Source: Spirochaetia bacterium (GTDB taxonomy: Bacteria > Spirochaetota > Spirochaetia > SZUA-6 > Bin103). From it: DNA of 64,000 bases. The position numbers were made by a program, and so were the translations under genes. Shown here in pieces: positions 47,407-56,445 of the stretch (within the stretch, counting starts at the first letter, position 1; every line of letters begins with the position of its first letter). The notes below the pieces were generated by a model. That model had not been told where the DNA came from. It did not search any database and saw nothing but the letters and a program-made list of their open reading frames with translations. The stretch is from contig CBDBOV010000002.1 in assembly GCA_965208575.1 (NCBI GenBank), forward strand, positions 384,001 through 448,000. The letters are read 5' to 3'.

Positions 47407-50310
47407 ATGGCGAACTACGAGGCGTCCGTCACCCTACGATTCCACGACCTGTTCTCCAGCGGCATGTCGTCCGCGGCGAACAGGATCTCCTCAGCGTCAG
47501 ACCGCATATCCGGAAGCTCCGCCGGGATCGCGGCGAGCAGCTCGGCGGCCGCCGGCAGAATGGACGCCGCCGCCGACCGCATGGGCGCCAGCTACCGCGG
47601 GGCAGCGAACACCATCGACGCCGCCTCGGGAGCGATCGGCGACGACCTCGGCGCCGCGGGCCGGGCCGCGGACGCCGCCGGCGATCGCATCGCCAGCGCC
47701 GGCGACCGCGCCGCGCGGGCATGGCGTGCCGTGGACTTCGCGGCCGATCTCGGCGCCGCCTCCGCCGAGGTGTCGCAGCTCGCCGACCAGGTCGGGCGCA
47801 TGGCGGACGCCAACATCGAGGTGACGGCCGGTGTCCAGGGCGCCACCTCGGATCTGCGCACCGTGATCACCGACGACGGCGCCATCGCGGCCATCGTTGC
47901 CGCCGCGGAGCGCACGGCCGCGCAGCAATCGGACGCCGGCCGGCTGGCCGCGGTCTCGGTGGACGAGTTCCTGCAGGCAGCCTTCGCGAGCGTGAGTTCG
48001 GGCGTCGGCGTGGATGCCGGCATTGCGCCGCAGGCGGCCATCGCGCTCGCGGACCAGGCCGCGCTGCTCGGCCTCGCCGGCCAGACCGACGCCGCCACCG
48101 CCGCCAAGAACCTGGCCGTTGCGTTCAACGTGTTCGGCGACCAGGAGGCGATCGCCGCGGCCGCGGATCCGCTGGCCGCGGCGCGTGCCGAGATGGAGCG
48201 CATGAGCGACGTGCTGGCCACGACGCAGGATTCGTTCGCCTTCACCGGCGGCCTGGAGCAGCTCACGTCGGGCTTCAAGAACGTCGCCGGGCTGGCGGCA
48301 GCCTTCGAGGTGCCGCTTGAACAGACCTCGGCGATGATCGGCGTGCTCAACAGCATGGGTATCGAGGGGCCGGAAGCGGGCACCGCGCTCAAGTCGGCGC
48401 TGGCTCAGCTCGCCCCCGCCGCGGAGAAGCTGGGCTTCACGCTTGCCGAGACGGCTTCGGGCGGGTTGGATGCGATCGGCACTCTGCGCGGGGTCGCGGC
48501 TGCCGGTTTCTCGGCGACGGAGCTGACCAAGGCGTTCGGTACCGAGGCAGGTCCCGCCGTCATGCACCTCACGCGCCAGCTGGCGATGCTCGAAGGCGGA
48601 TACGAGCGCATCAGGGCAGGCGCGGGCACCACGATGGACAACGCCCGCATCGCGGCCGAGACCTACGATCAGTCCGTCGCCCAGCTCGGAGCCTCCTTCG
48701 AGCTGCTGCAGTCGCGGATCGGCGCCGGCGGGCTGGCGGTGCGCCAGGCGGGGGTCGATGCCGCCACGTTCCTGGTCACCGTGGGCAACCGCCTGGCCGA
48801 GTTCAGTCCGGCCCTGGCGTCCGCCGCGGGCGGCATGCTGGAGATCGCGGCCGCCGGCGGCCGGGGCCTCGCCGGGGTGCTGGAGATCTCCACCGGCGTC
48901 CTGTCGCTGACCACCCTGCTCGGCAAGGACGGCCCGCTCCTGCCGGCGATCGGCAGCATCGGCGCCAGGGCAGCGTCGATCATCCCTGCCATCGCGACAT
49001 GGACGGCGTCGATGTGGGCGGCCGCGGCAGCTCACATCGCCGTGGCATGGCCGATCTACGCGATCGTGGCGGGCGTTGCTCTGCTCGCCGCAGGGGCCTA
49101 CCTGGTCGTCAAGCACTGGGACCAAGTGAGCGCGTTCTTCGCCGGGCTGTGGAGCGCGGTTTCCGGGGCGTTCCGCTCCGCGTTCGAGCGGATCGGGGCG
49201 TTCCTCGACGGCATCCGCGGGCCGGCCCTGGCGGCCATGGTGGTGTTCATGCCTATCGTGGGGATCCCGCTGCTGATCCGGCGCCACTGGGGCGCGCTCA
49301 GCACGTTCTTCGCGGGCGTGTGGAGCTCGGTGACGGGCTCGTTCGCCGCGGCGTGGGGGCGCATACGGGGGTTGCTGGAGGGGCCGTTCAACTCGATCGT
49401 GGGGTTCTTCGGCGACCTGTGGGGGTCGGTGGCGGGGATCTGGCGCGGCGCCTGGGACTCGTTCGCGGCCCTGGTGCGTAGCGGCCTGGAGCGCGTGGTT
49501 CGCCTGTTCTCGTTCTTCTGGACCATCAGGGACTTCTTCCGCGGTGTGTGGGACGCGATCACCGAGGTGTTCCGGGGCGCCTGGGACCGCATCAACAACC
49601 TGTTCGGCCCCGATACTCTGCTCGGCAGGATATTCGGGACCATGGCCGCGGATCCGGCGGCCGCGCAGGACCAAGTCAACAGCGCCATGGGCGAGACTCT
49701 GTCCGTCGTCCCTCCCTGGCTGGCCCAGTCGGACGCCGAGCGCGGGCCGCTGTCCAGGCTTACCGCCGCCGGTCGCGCCATCCCGGCGACCATCGCCGCG
49801 GGCATCATCGCCGGCGCGCCGGTGCTTGCGGCCGCGTTGCCGCCGGCGCTTGGGGAGCTGACGCCCTTGCTGCTGCCGGCGGCCGCCGCCCCACCCGACC
49901 TGGAAGCCGGATACGGCCCGGTAGCGCCGCCCCTGCTGCCCGCGGCCGGCGCACTGGACCTGGAAGCCGGCTTTGGCCCGGTAGCGCCGCCGCTGCTGCC
50001 CGCGGCCGCCGCACTGGACCTGGAAGCCGGCTTTGGCCCGGTGGCGCCGCCCCTGCTGCCCGCGCTCGGCCCGCTCGAGCTGGGAGCTGACGCCGCCGCG
50101 CCGGCCCGTCGCGTGTCCGGGGCAGCGCCGCCCGGCGCCGGCGACCTCGTCGCCGCCATGCGTGAGCTCGCCGCGGAGCTGCGTGCGGCCCGCGCCGGCG
50201 GCAAGGGGCGCGGGATCAGTGTCGAGAGCCTGGAGATCCGGCTCGACGAATCAGGTGACCTGTTCCGGTCGCTGGAGGGGCTGGCCGAGGTGGCCGGAGA
50301 GTCCTTGTGA
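47407..50310 (+). CDS. Tape measure protein
   Basis: Ala-rich 967 aa; GPEAGTALKS; W/F-periodic amphipathic repeats; SDAERGPLSRLT. Confidence 0.9.
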   Translation: MANYEASVTLRFHDLFSSGMSSAANRISSASDRISGSSAGIAASSSAAAGRMDAAADRMGASYRGAANTIDAASGAIGDDLGAAGRAADAAGDRIASAGDRAARAWRAVDFAADLGAASAEVSQLADQVGRMADANIEVTAGVQGATSDLRTVITDDGAIAAIVAAAERTAAQQSDAGRLAAVSVDEFLQAAFASVSSGVGVDAGIAPQAAIALADQAALLGLAGQTDAATAAKNLAVAFNVFGDQEAIAAAADPLAAARAEMERMSDVLATTQDSFAFTGGLEQLTSGFKNVAGLAAAFEVPLEQTSAMIGVLNSMGIEGPEAGTALKSALAQLAPAAEKLGFTLAETASGGLDAIGTLRGVAAAGFSATELTKAFGTEAGPAVMHLTRQLAMLEGGYERIRAGAGTTMDNARIAAETYDQSVAQLGASFELLQSRIGAGGLAVRQAGVDAATFLVTVGNRLAEFSPALASAAGGMLEIAAAGGRGLAGVLEISTGVLSLTTLLGKDGPLLPAIGSIGARAASIIPAIATWTASMWAAAAAHIAVAWPIYAIVAGVALLAAGAYLVVKHWDQVSAFFAGLWSAVSGAFRSAFERIGAFLDGIRGPALAAMVVFMPIVGIPLLIRRHWGALSTFFAGVWSSVTGSFAAAWGRIRGLLEGPFNSIVGFFGDLWGSVAGIWRGAWDSFAALVRSGLERVVRLFSFFWTIRDFFRGVWDAITEVFRGAWDRINNLFGPDTLLGRIFGTMAADPAAAQDQVNSAMGETLSVVPPWLAQSDAERGPLSRLTAAGRAIPATIAAGIIAGAPVLAAALPPALGELTPLLLPAAAAPPDLEAGYGPVAPPLLPAAGALDLEAGFGPVAPPLLPAAAALDLEAGFGPVAPPLLPALGPLELGADAAAPARRVSGAAPPGAGDLVAAMRELAAELRAARAGGKGRGISVESLEIRLDESGDLFRSLEGLAEVAGESL
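49865..50062 (+). repeat. ~3 x 60-bp tandem repeat in the tape measure C-terminus
   Basis: PLLPAA.ALDLEAG(F/Y)GPVAP repeated. Confidence 0.8.
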
Positions 50311-50885
50311 GCATCGCGTTACTCGATGACGGCGGCCTGGCGCTGAATGGGTCGCCTATGCCCGAGGTGACCGTGCAGGGCACGAGCGCCGGGGGCGGCG
50401 AGGCGACAATCGATTCGCAGCAGCACGAGGGAGGCAGCGGCGCCGACCACGTGTTCGACGGCTGGGCGGATCGCAAGGTCAGGATCCGCCTGATCCTCAC
50501 CGAGGAGCAGGATGGCGGCCGCGATCGCTACGCCCGTCTGGCCGAGCTGGTCGACGCGTCCCGGGCGCTCGACGGAGAGGCGCCGCGCATCTACCAGGTG
50601 GTCGGCGGCGTAGCGGGCGCCCTCCGCGTCTCGAGGGCGCTGATCACCAACGTCGACGACGTCGACGACACCAACGAGGAGGACACGCTCCGCTGCACCC
50701 TCGTGCTGCTGCAGGTGGATCCCGATGACAACGTATACCAGCGGCAGGCCGCCGCCGCCGCCGAGGCCGCCTCGACGGCAGTAGCGGCAGGCACAACGGA
50801 CGCTGCCTCCCAGGGGCTGCAGCCGACCGCCGACGACGAGGCGTACCTGCAATCGCTCGAGCAGCAGTTGGGGGATCCGGGCTGA
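50307..50885 (+). CDS. Putative tail tube initiator/baseplate protein
   Basis: Coupled ORF after the tape measure. Confidence 0.5.
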   Translation: MSIALLDDGGLALNGSPMPEVTVQGTSAGGGEATIDSQQHEGGSGADHVFDGWADRKVRIRLILTEEQDGGRDRYARLAELVDASRALDGEAPRIYQVVGGVAGALRVSRALITNVDDVDDTNEEDTLRCTLVLLQVDPDDNVYQRQAAAAAEAASTAVAAGTTDAASQGLQPTADDEAYLQSLEQQLGDPG

Positions 50886-51610
50886 TGCCGGTAAGCGTCC
50901 CGCGAATCCGCTTGACCGTTGCCGGCGCCCCGGTGACGGGCTTGCTGCGCCTGGACCTGGTCTCGTCGCCCGAGGCACTGCGCTGCGCGGTCACCTGCTC
51001 GCCCCGCGCCACGGTCTACGATACCGGCGCCGAAGTTGAAGTCCAGGTGGACGACACTCTCATGCTGCGCGGCCCGATCCACACGGTCGAGCCGATCCGG
51101 CGGACCAAGCGCCGTTACCTCGCCGAGCCCCTTGCCAGCCAGGCGCTGCGAGGCCTGGTTGATGACCCGGTCGGACCGTTCGGCTGGCGCCGCGAGCAGA
51201 GCAACACCATCGCCCGCGAGCTGATGGCGCCGCTGCCGATCGACGTGAGCGCGCTGCCCGCGGCGCAACTGCGGTGGTCCAGTCCCGCGGCGCCGAGGCG
51301 CTGGGTGCTCGACGCGTTTCTGCGGTCGATCTCCGCGGCTGCCGAAGTCGAGGTGCGCCACTCGATAGAGCCGGACGGCACGGTGGCCCTGGGGCCGCTC
51401 GCTGAGCTGCGCCCCTCGTCCGGCGTCTCGCTCCGCACCGGCGAGACGATCCTTACCCGCCGAGGCGACCGCTACGTGACGCGGGCCGTCGCGGCCAGGT
51501 GGAACACCACCGTCGACGTGGACGGCGCCGAGTTGGTCTGCAGCTACGCCAGGCTGGACGCGCGCGCCGGGCGCTACCGGTCTCGGCTGGTGCTCGAGGA
51601 GGCGGCATGA
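50885..51610 (+). CDS. Putative baseplate hub
   Basis: Position; beta-rich. Confidence 0.5.
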   Translation: MPVSVPRIRLTVAGAPVTGLLRLDLVSSPEALRCAVTCSPRATVYDTGAEVEVQVDDTLMLRGPIHTVEPIRRTKRRYLAEPLASQALRGLVDDPVGPFGWRREQSNTIARELMAPLPIDVSALPAAQLRWSSPAAPRRWVLDAFLRSISAAAEVEVRHSIEPDGTVALGPLAELRPSSGVSLRTGETILTRRGDRYVTRAVAARWNTTVDVDGAELVCSYARLDARAGRYRSRLVLEEAA

Positions 51611-52227
51611 CGTCGATTTGGCGCCGTATACGGCGCGTGGCGTGGTCGGGGGTCTCTCTGCCCGTAAAGGCGGTGGTGAACGCCTCCTACGCGCGTTCAG
51701 GCGGCGAATACGCCGCTGATCTGGAGGTCGTACACCGGGCCACCCTCGCGCGCACGGGCGAGATCCTGGAGGGCGTCCCGCTGCAGCCGGTCTGGCTCGG
51801 CGCAGACGGGCGCGGGCTCTATGCCCCGCCGGAGCAGGGCCAGGTCGTGGTGGTCGGCTGGATCGAGGGCGATCGCGCCCATCCCTATGTCGCCGGCGCC
51901 GCCGCGGACGGCTATTCGCCCGCGGCCTCCGCGGGCGTGGGCGAGTTCGTGCTCGTCGACGGCCGCGGGCACGAGGTCAGGATCACCGATCAGTTCTGGC
52001 GCGTCATCGACGGCGCCGGCGGCGAGCTGAAGCTCCAGGATCGCTGGCGCATGGCCAATCCGCAGGACAGCCTCCGCCCCGTGCTGGAAGCCCTGATCGA
52101 CGCCGTGACAGCTCTTACCACCACCGAGGGGCCGGCAATGGCGGTCCACCTGCACGGCGTGTCGCCGGCGACGATCGCGGCGCTGCAGGCGGTGCGGCAA
52201 CGCGTGGGAGCGCTGCTCGATGTCTGA
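51607..52227 (+). CDS. Baseplate spike (gpV-like)
   Basis: GLYAPPEQGQVVVVGWIEGD..PYV; C-terminal HLH metal motif. Confidence 0.75.
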   Translation: MTSIWRRIRRVAWSGVSLPVKAVVNASYARSGGEYAADLEVVHRATLARTGEILEGVPLQPVWLGADGRGLYAPPEQGQVVVVGWIEGDRAHPYVAGAAADGYSPAASAGVGEFVLVDGRGHEVRITDQFWRVIDGAGGELKLQDRWRMANPQDSLRPVLEALIDAVTALTTTEGPAMAVHLHGVSPATIAALQAVRQRVGALLDV

Positions 52228-52573
52228 CATCAAGCTCAACGACGATCACGACTTTGCGGTCACCGCCGAGGGAGATTTCGAGGTTGTGGAAGGCGCAGCC
52301 CTCATCGCGCAGGACGTGGCCGAGGTCTGCCGCACTCCGCGAGGATCCTTGTTCTGGGACCGGGAGGAGGGAAGCGACGTCCTGATGTGGCTCAACAGCC
52401 CTTACCGGCGCACGTCCGAAGTGCTCGGCGAGCTGCGCAGGATCGCACTGAAGGATGACCGGGTGGCTGCCGAGTCGGTAGATGCCTATGTCGACGAGGA
52501 CGGCAACTACGTCCTCGCCTTTACTCCTCTCGGATCGGGCGTCGTGGTGACACTGGCGATCCCCGGTGCCTGA
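52220..52573 (+). CDS. Baseplate wedge (gpW/gp46-like)
   Basis: GDF..VEG..IAQD..TPRGSLFWD.E.GS, DDRV. Confidence 0.75.
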   Translation: MSDIKLNDDHDFAVTAEGDFEVVEGAALIAQDVAEVCRTPRGSLFWDREEGSDVLMWLNSPYRRTSEVLGELRRIALKDDRVAAESVDAYVDEDGNYVLAFTPLGSGVVVTLAIPGA

Positions 52574-53597
52574 TATCCCAACCGCCGCCGAATTGCGCGC
52601 CACGGCCTTCGCCGCCGCGCGCGAGGAGACCGGCCTGACCAACAGCGTCAGCGTGGGACGCATCAGGGGCGCGATCGAGGTGATGCTTCGGCTCGTCCGC
52701 CGTATCTACGACCTGTGGGTGACGCCGGCGGCGACGCAGATCGATCGTCGCGAGGCAACAGGATTCTGGCTGGAGCTCCACGCGGCGAATGCGGGGCTGA
52801 CTCCCCTTTCGGCCACGGCCACCCGCGGTATTCTGACGGCTACCGCGGCCGCCGGCGGTTCGCTGGCGGCCGGCACTGAGATCACGGCGCCGGGCCTGCC
52901 CGCGTACACGGTCGACGGCGAGGTTGCCTTTGTCGCCGGCACGTTCCGCGTGCCGGTCACCTGCACCACCGCCGGCGCGTCCGGTAACCTTGCTGACGGC
53001 ACGGCCCTGACCGCCCCCGACTCGCTCGACAGCGTGACTGCCGCCGCCGGGTGGATCACGGTCCCAGGCGCCGATGACGAGGACGATGTCCGTCTTCGCG
53101 CCCGGATCGACGATCGATGGAAATCGCTGGGGGATGGCCACCCTACAGCGCAGTACCGCCTGGTGGCGCTGGGCGTGCCCAGCGTCGCGGAGGCGGCGGT
53201 GGCGCGCGCGCCACGAGGACCGGGCAGCGCCACCGTGGTCGTGAGGACGGTGGCCGGCGCGCCCACGGCGGCCGAGATCGCGGCAGTGGAGGCCGCGCTC
53301 GACACGCACGTGATGGTGGCGCGAGACATCCTGGTGGCCGCTCCCCCGCGGACTCCGGTGGAGATCGCCGTGACGTACACCGGCTCGGCAGTCCCCGATG
53401 CCGTGCGGCAGGCGGTGTCCCAATACGTAGCGTCGCTCAGACTTGGCGCCGTTCTGACCGAGGAAGGCTTGTACACCGCCGGTCGGTCGTTCCCCGGCGC
53501 ACTATTGGCGTCGGTCGATATGAGCGCCGGGGATCGCGTCGACCCGGGAGCTGGCGGCATCGTTCAGCCCACCGTGACTGCGACCCGGGCAGGCTGA
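52566..53597 (+). CDS. Baseplate J/gp47-like
   Basis: ATGFWLELHA, AGASGNL, GADDEDD..LRARI, PRGPGS. Confidence 0.88.
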   Translation: MPDIPTAAELRATAFAAAREETGLTNSVSVGRIRGAIEVMLRLVRRIYDLWVTPAATQIDRREATGFWLELHAANAGLTPLSATATRGILTATAAAGGSLAAGTEITAPGLPAYTVDGEVAFVAGTFRVPVTCTTAGASGNLADGTALTAPDSLDSVTAAAGWITVPGADDEDDVRLRARIDDRWKSLGDGHPTAQYRLVALGVPSVAEAAVARAPRGPGSATVVVRTVAGAPTAAEIAAVEAALDTHVMVARDILVAAPPRTPVEIAVTYTGSAVPDAVRQAVSQYVASLRLGAVLTEEGLYTAGRSFPGALLASVDMSAGDRVDPGAGGIVQPTVTATRAG

Positions 53598-54773
53598 ATG
53601 CTCGACTACCTCAAGTCGCTCAACCTGCCCTACCGGGACACGGCGAGGGTGCGATGGGGGCTGCTGCGCGCCGTGGCGCGGATCGCCGGCGTCGCCGCGG
53701 ACGCGGTGATGGCGGCGATGCGGGAGTGGTGGCCGATCACGGCAGGCGACGCCGGGCTCGCGACGCACGCCGTGCAGCTCGAGGTCGCGGCGCAGCGGGA
53801 CGGGGAGAGCGATCGGGACTATCGCCTGCGCGTCGCGCGAGAGCCGGGGAATCGCCGCGTTTGGGGCAGGAGGGGGCCGACAGGCGAGCTGCTCGATGGT
53901 CTGAGCTGGAGGGAGTACCCACGCGAGGGAGAGAGGTTCGGGCGCGGCATCGTCGGGGCCGACATCTGCTGCGCCGGCCCGATGGTCGTCGTCTCGGGCG
54001 GGTCGGCGGAGCAGCTGGGCGAGCTCGAAAGGAGGCTCGCGCCAGACATTGCGGTGGTGTCTTTGCCGCCGCCGTCTGCCGATGCTGGCGGGAACCAAGA
54101 GCGATGGGTGAGATGGGGCGAGCCCGTCATTCTCGACGGCCGCGGGTCAACCGGGTGGCAGCCCGCTACGATCGCCTGGACTCAGACCTCCGGCGCCGCC
54201 GTGGTACTGCACGGGCAAGACACCATCATGCCGTTGTTCGCCGCGCCGAACATAGACAGCGACCTGGTGTTCCAGGTGTCGCTGTCGGCCAGCGGCGAAG
54301 TCTCGACCGCCGATGTGACGATCCGGGTTGGGGTGCGGGTGCATTTCCCGCTGCCGGTGGGGCGCTCACGCGTCATGGCGGCGTCAATAGTGCGTGGATC
54401 GAATCCGGCAGACCCAACAGCCTATTTTCGCACAGCAGACAACAACTCCGGCGGCGTGACCGGGCTCACGATCGGTTCGCTCCGTGACGGCTTCCTCGAT
54501 GCCGGCTCGGACACGGCCATCACTCGCATTGCCGTCATTCCCGGCACCTCACGGGTGCGGTTCGAAGACAACCCCGACCCGGATCGGTTGGGCGTACTCG
54601 CCGGCTTTACCGGTCGGGTCCATATTGCGCTGGAAGAGGGCAACTACTCGATCACGGGCTCACTGCGGTCGTCAGGAGACGACTTCATCGAATTCGATCT
54701 GGACGCGGACGATTTGGCCGCGGTCCAGGCGATCACGGTGGGTCGAAGTTTCGGGATAGCGATCACTGCTTAG
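53598..54773 (+). CDS. Baseplate I-like protein fused to a PKD/Ig-like domain
   Basis: GESDRDYRLRV; ADAGGNQ..VILDGRGS..WTQTSG..FAAP..LVFQV. Confidence 0.65.
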   Translation: MLDYLKSLNLPYRDTARVRWGLLRAVARIAGVAADAVMAAMREWWPITAGDAGLATHAVQLEVAAQRDGESDRDYRLRVAREPGNRRVWGRRGPTGELLDGLSWREYPREGERFGRGIVGADICCAGPMVVVSGGSAEQLGELERRLAPDIAVVSLPPPSADAGGNQERWVRWGEPVILDGRGSTGWQPATIAWTQTSGAAVVLHGQDTIMPLFAAPNIDSDLVFQVSLSASGEVSTADVTIRVGVRVHFPLPVGRSRVMAASIVRGSNPADPTAYFRTADNNSGGVTGLTIGSLRDGFLDAGSDTAITRIAVIPGTSRVRFEDNPDPDRLGVLAGFTGRVHIALEEGNYSITGSLRSSGDDFIEFDLDADDLAAVQAITVGRSFGIAITA

Positions 54774-54787
54774 AGGGGGACAGCCTC

Positions 54788-56335
54788 GTGGATAGAGTCA
54801 ACTACTACAACGGCATGCCGCGCGACCCGGCAGACGAGAACACCGCCCAAGAGCACGCCGAGGCGCACCTGCAGTCGCTCGGCCGTGCAGTGGCGCCGGG
54901 AACGGTAACGACGGGCGGCGGCGTTACCGTAGGTGCTGGCCCGTCCGCCGCCGTCACCGGCGGGGAGGCGATCGGGCCGGACGGCGAGCGCATCCCTATA
55001 TCCGCGACCACGGTCCCGCTCAATGCGCCCGACAGCGGCCACCAGTGGGTGACTATTACGGTGCGTCATGCGTCGGTCCCGGCGGGAGCAGCGTACCAGG
55101 ACATCTTGGGCAATCCGGTTCGGCAGTACACGCGCGACGGCAGCATGGTCAATGCCGTGTACGGGGCTGCGGCGACCACCGCGGATGCAGCGATGGTGCC
55201 GGACGTGCCCGCGACAGATGTTGTGCTCGCGGATGTGCTGCTGCCCGCCGGCACGGTGAGTCTCGGGCGGCGGGCAAGCAACTCGGGCGGCTTGTCTTCG
55301 GCTTTGGCGGCTGTTCGCGCGGCGGTAGACGGGGCGCGCCCAGAGCCGATGGCCGCGAGGGCGCAAGTCTTTCCTACCGAGATCTTGGTTGACATAGGGG
55401 ATTACAGCATGGCGCTGGCGTCGACTGCCGATGGTGCGGTCCTTTTCACGCCGGCCGATCTGGCAAGTAGCTATCTCGATGAGGCCGTGGCGTACGCCAA
55501 TGGTCGCCTGTATTACGCTCAAGGTGCTGGATTTAGCACATGGACGGAGATCCCCGTAATTGGACTGCCAAGGCCGGATGGGCCTGTTGGGATGCTGGTG
55601 GAGGACTGGCGGGTCGTTGTGATAAGAGGATCAACCTCCCTTGGCGCCGCCGCGAGGGTGGAGATCGTTGATGATGCGGGGGCTTGGCCGGGAAGATCTC
55701 TCTCGGTAGTCAACTATGGGTCAGGGGGCGACGTTTCCGGATTGCGGGCCTTAGGGGTGGCGGCAAGTAGCGACGGCGATTTGCGCGTGGTGGCAGCAGG
55801 CTCTGATGGTCAGGCTGCCATGTACAATGTGAGTTCGAGCGGCGGCGTCTGGTCGAATCGCGTTGTTTTGACCGGAGTGACAGAGGTGACCGGCCTGGGG
55901 CTGGCGACCGAGGTGAGGGGCGCGTTGGCGGGCACGACTTACATGGCCGCGTCGAAGGGCGCGGCCGGCGTGTTTATCTACCGGCTGAACCTGGACACCG
56001 GAGCGGTGTCGGAGGTCGGGGCTACAGGTCTACTCAACAAGGACAATCTGGCGTTGCTTTTGCAAGGGGGTTCGGCAGCCGGCCGAATGTTGCTGTTCGC
56101 GGACGGCGATGCGTTCTCGCTGGACGCCGGCGCCTCGCCGCCGACCGCGACGGCGGTCAGCATCACGGGAGCTCCGTCCTCCGAGGGGTTCGGGGCAGGT
56201 CGCGTTGTCAGGCGTGGGGTGGGGTTGCCGGGAGGTCGAGTGTACCGCCGGGCGGATGACCCATTGAGCAGGTTGCGGATTGCCGGGGTTGCCAAAGGCC
56301 GCGCTCAGGACGTCCGCTTCCTCGTCTGGCGATGA
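54788..56335 (+). CDS. Tail fibre/receptor-binding protein
   Basis: Last late gene; N-terminal anchor (V..G.A..PDGERI), C-terminal propeller-like region with lower GC. Confidence 0.65.
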   Translation: MDRVNYYNGMPRDPADENTAQEHAEAHLQSLGRAVAPGTVTTGGGVTVGAGPSAAVTGGEAIGPDGERIPISATTVPLNAPDSGHQWVTITVRHASVPAGAAYQDILGNPVRQYTRDGSMVNAVYGAAATTADAAMVPDVPATDVVLADVLLPAGTVSLGRRASNSGGLSSALAAVRAAVDGARPEPMAARAQVFPTEILVDIGDYSMALASTADGAVLFTPADLASSYLDEAVAYANGRLYYAQGAGFSTWTEIPVIGLPRPDGPVGMLVEDWRVVVIRGSTSLGAAARVEIVDDAGAWPGRSLSVVNYGSGGDVSGLRALGVAASSDGDLRVVAAGSDGQAAMYNVSSSGGVWSNRVVLTGVTEVTGLGLATEVRGALAGTTYMAASKGAAGVFIYRLNLDTGAVSEVGATGLLNKDNLALLLQGGSAAGRMLLFADGDAFSLDAGASPPTATAVSITGAPSSEGFGAGRVVRRGVGLPGGRVYRRADDPLSRLRIAGVAKGRAQDVRFLVWR

Positions 56336-56439
56336 CGCCGGGATTGAGACGAGTCTCTGGAATCTTATACATCAGAGTGCATAAAGCGAGGAAAACGCGT
56401 TATCTCGCAGAATGGCACATTTTTTTGCATCGCGCAACA

Positions 56440-56445
56440 CAACTG
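56440..56445 (+). repeat. Right target-site duplication CAACTG
   Basis: Follows ACA; identical to 21649-21654. Confidence 0.85.

Larger units (their letters stand above)
21655..56439. mobile_element. Apparently complete transposable (Mu/B3-like) contractile-tailed prophage, 34,785 bp
   Basis: TGT...ACA ends, 6-bp duplication, DDE transposase plus ATPase, GemA, Mor, gp26-gp30, protease, gpT, sheath, tape measure, baseplate. Confidence 0.95.

Noticed and set aside
53598-56335. Invertible tail-fibre segment (gin/G region)
   Set aside because: No invertase, no inverted second fibre gene and no flanking inverted repeats seen
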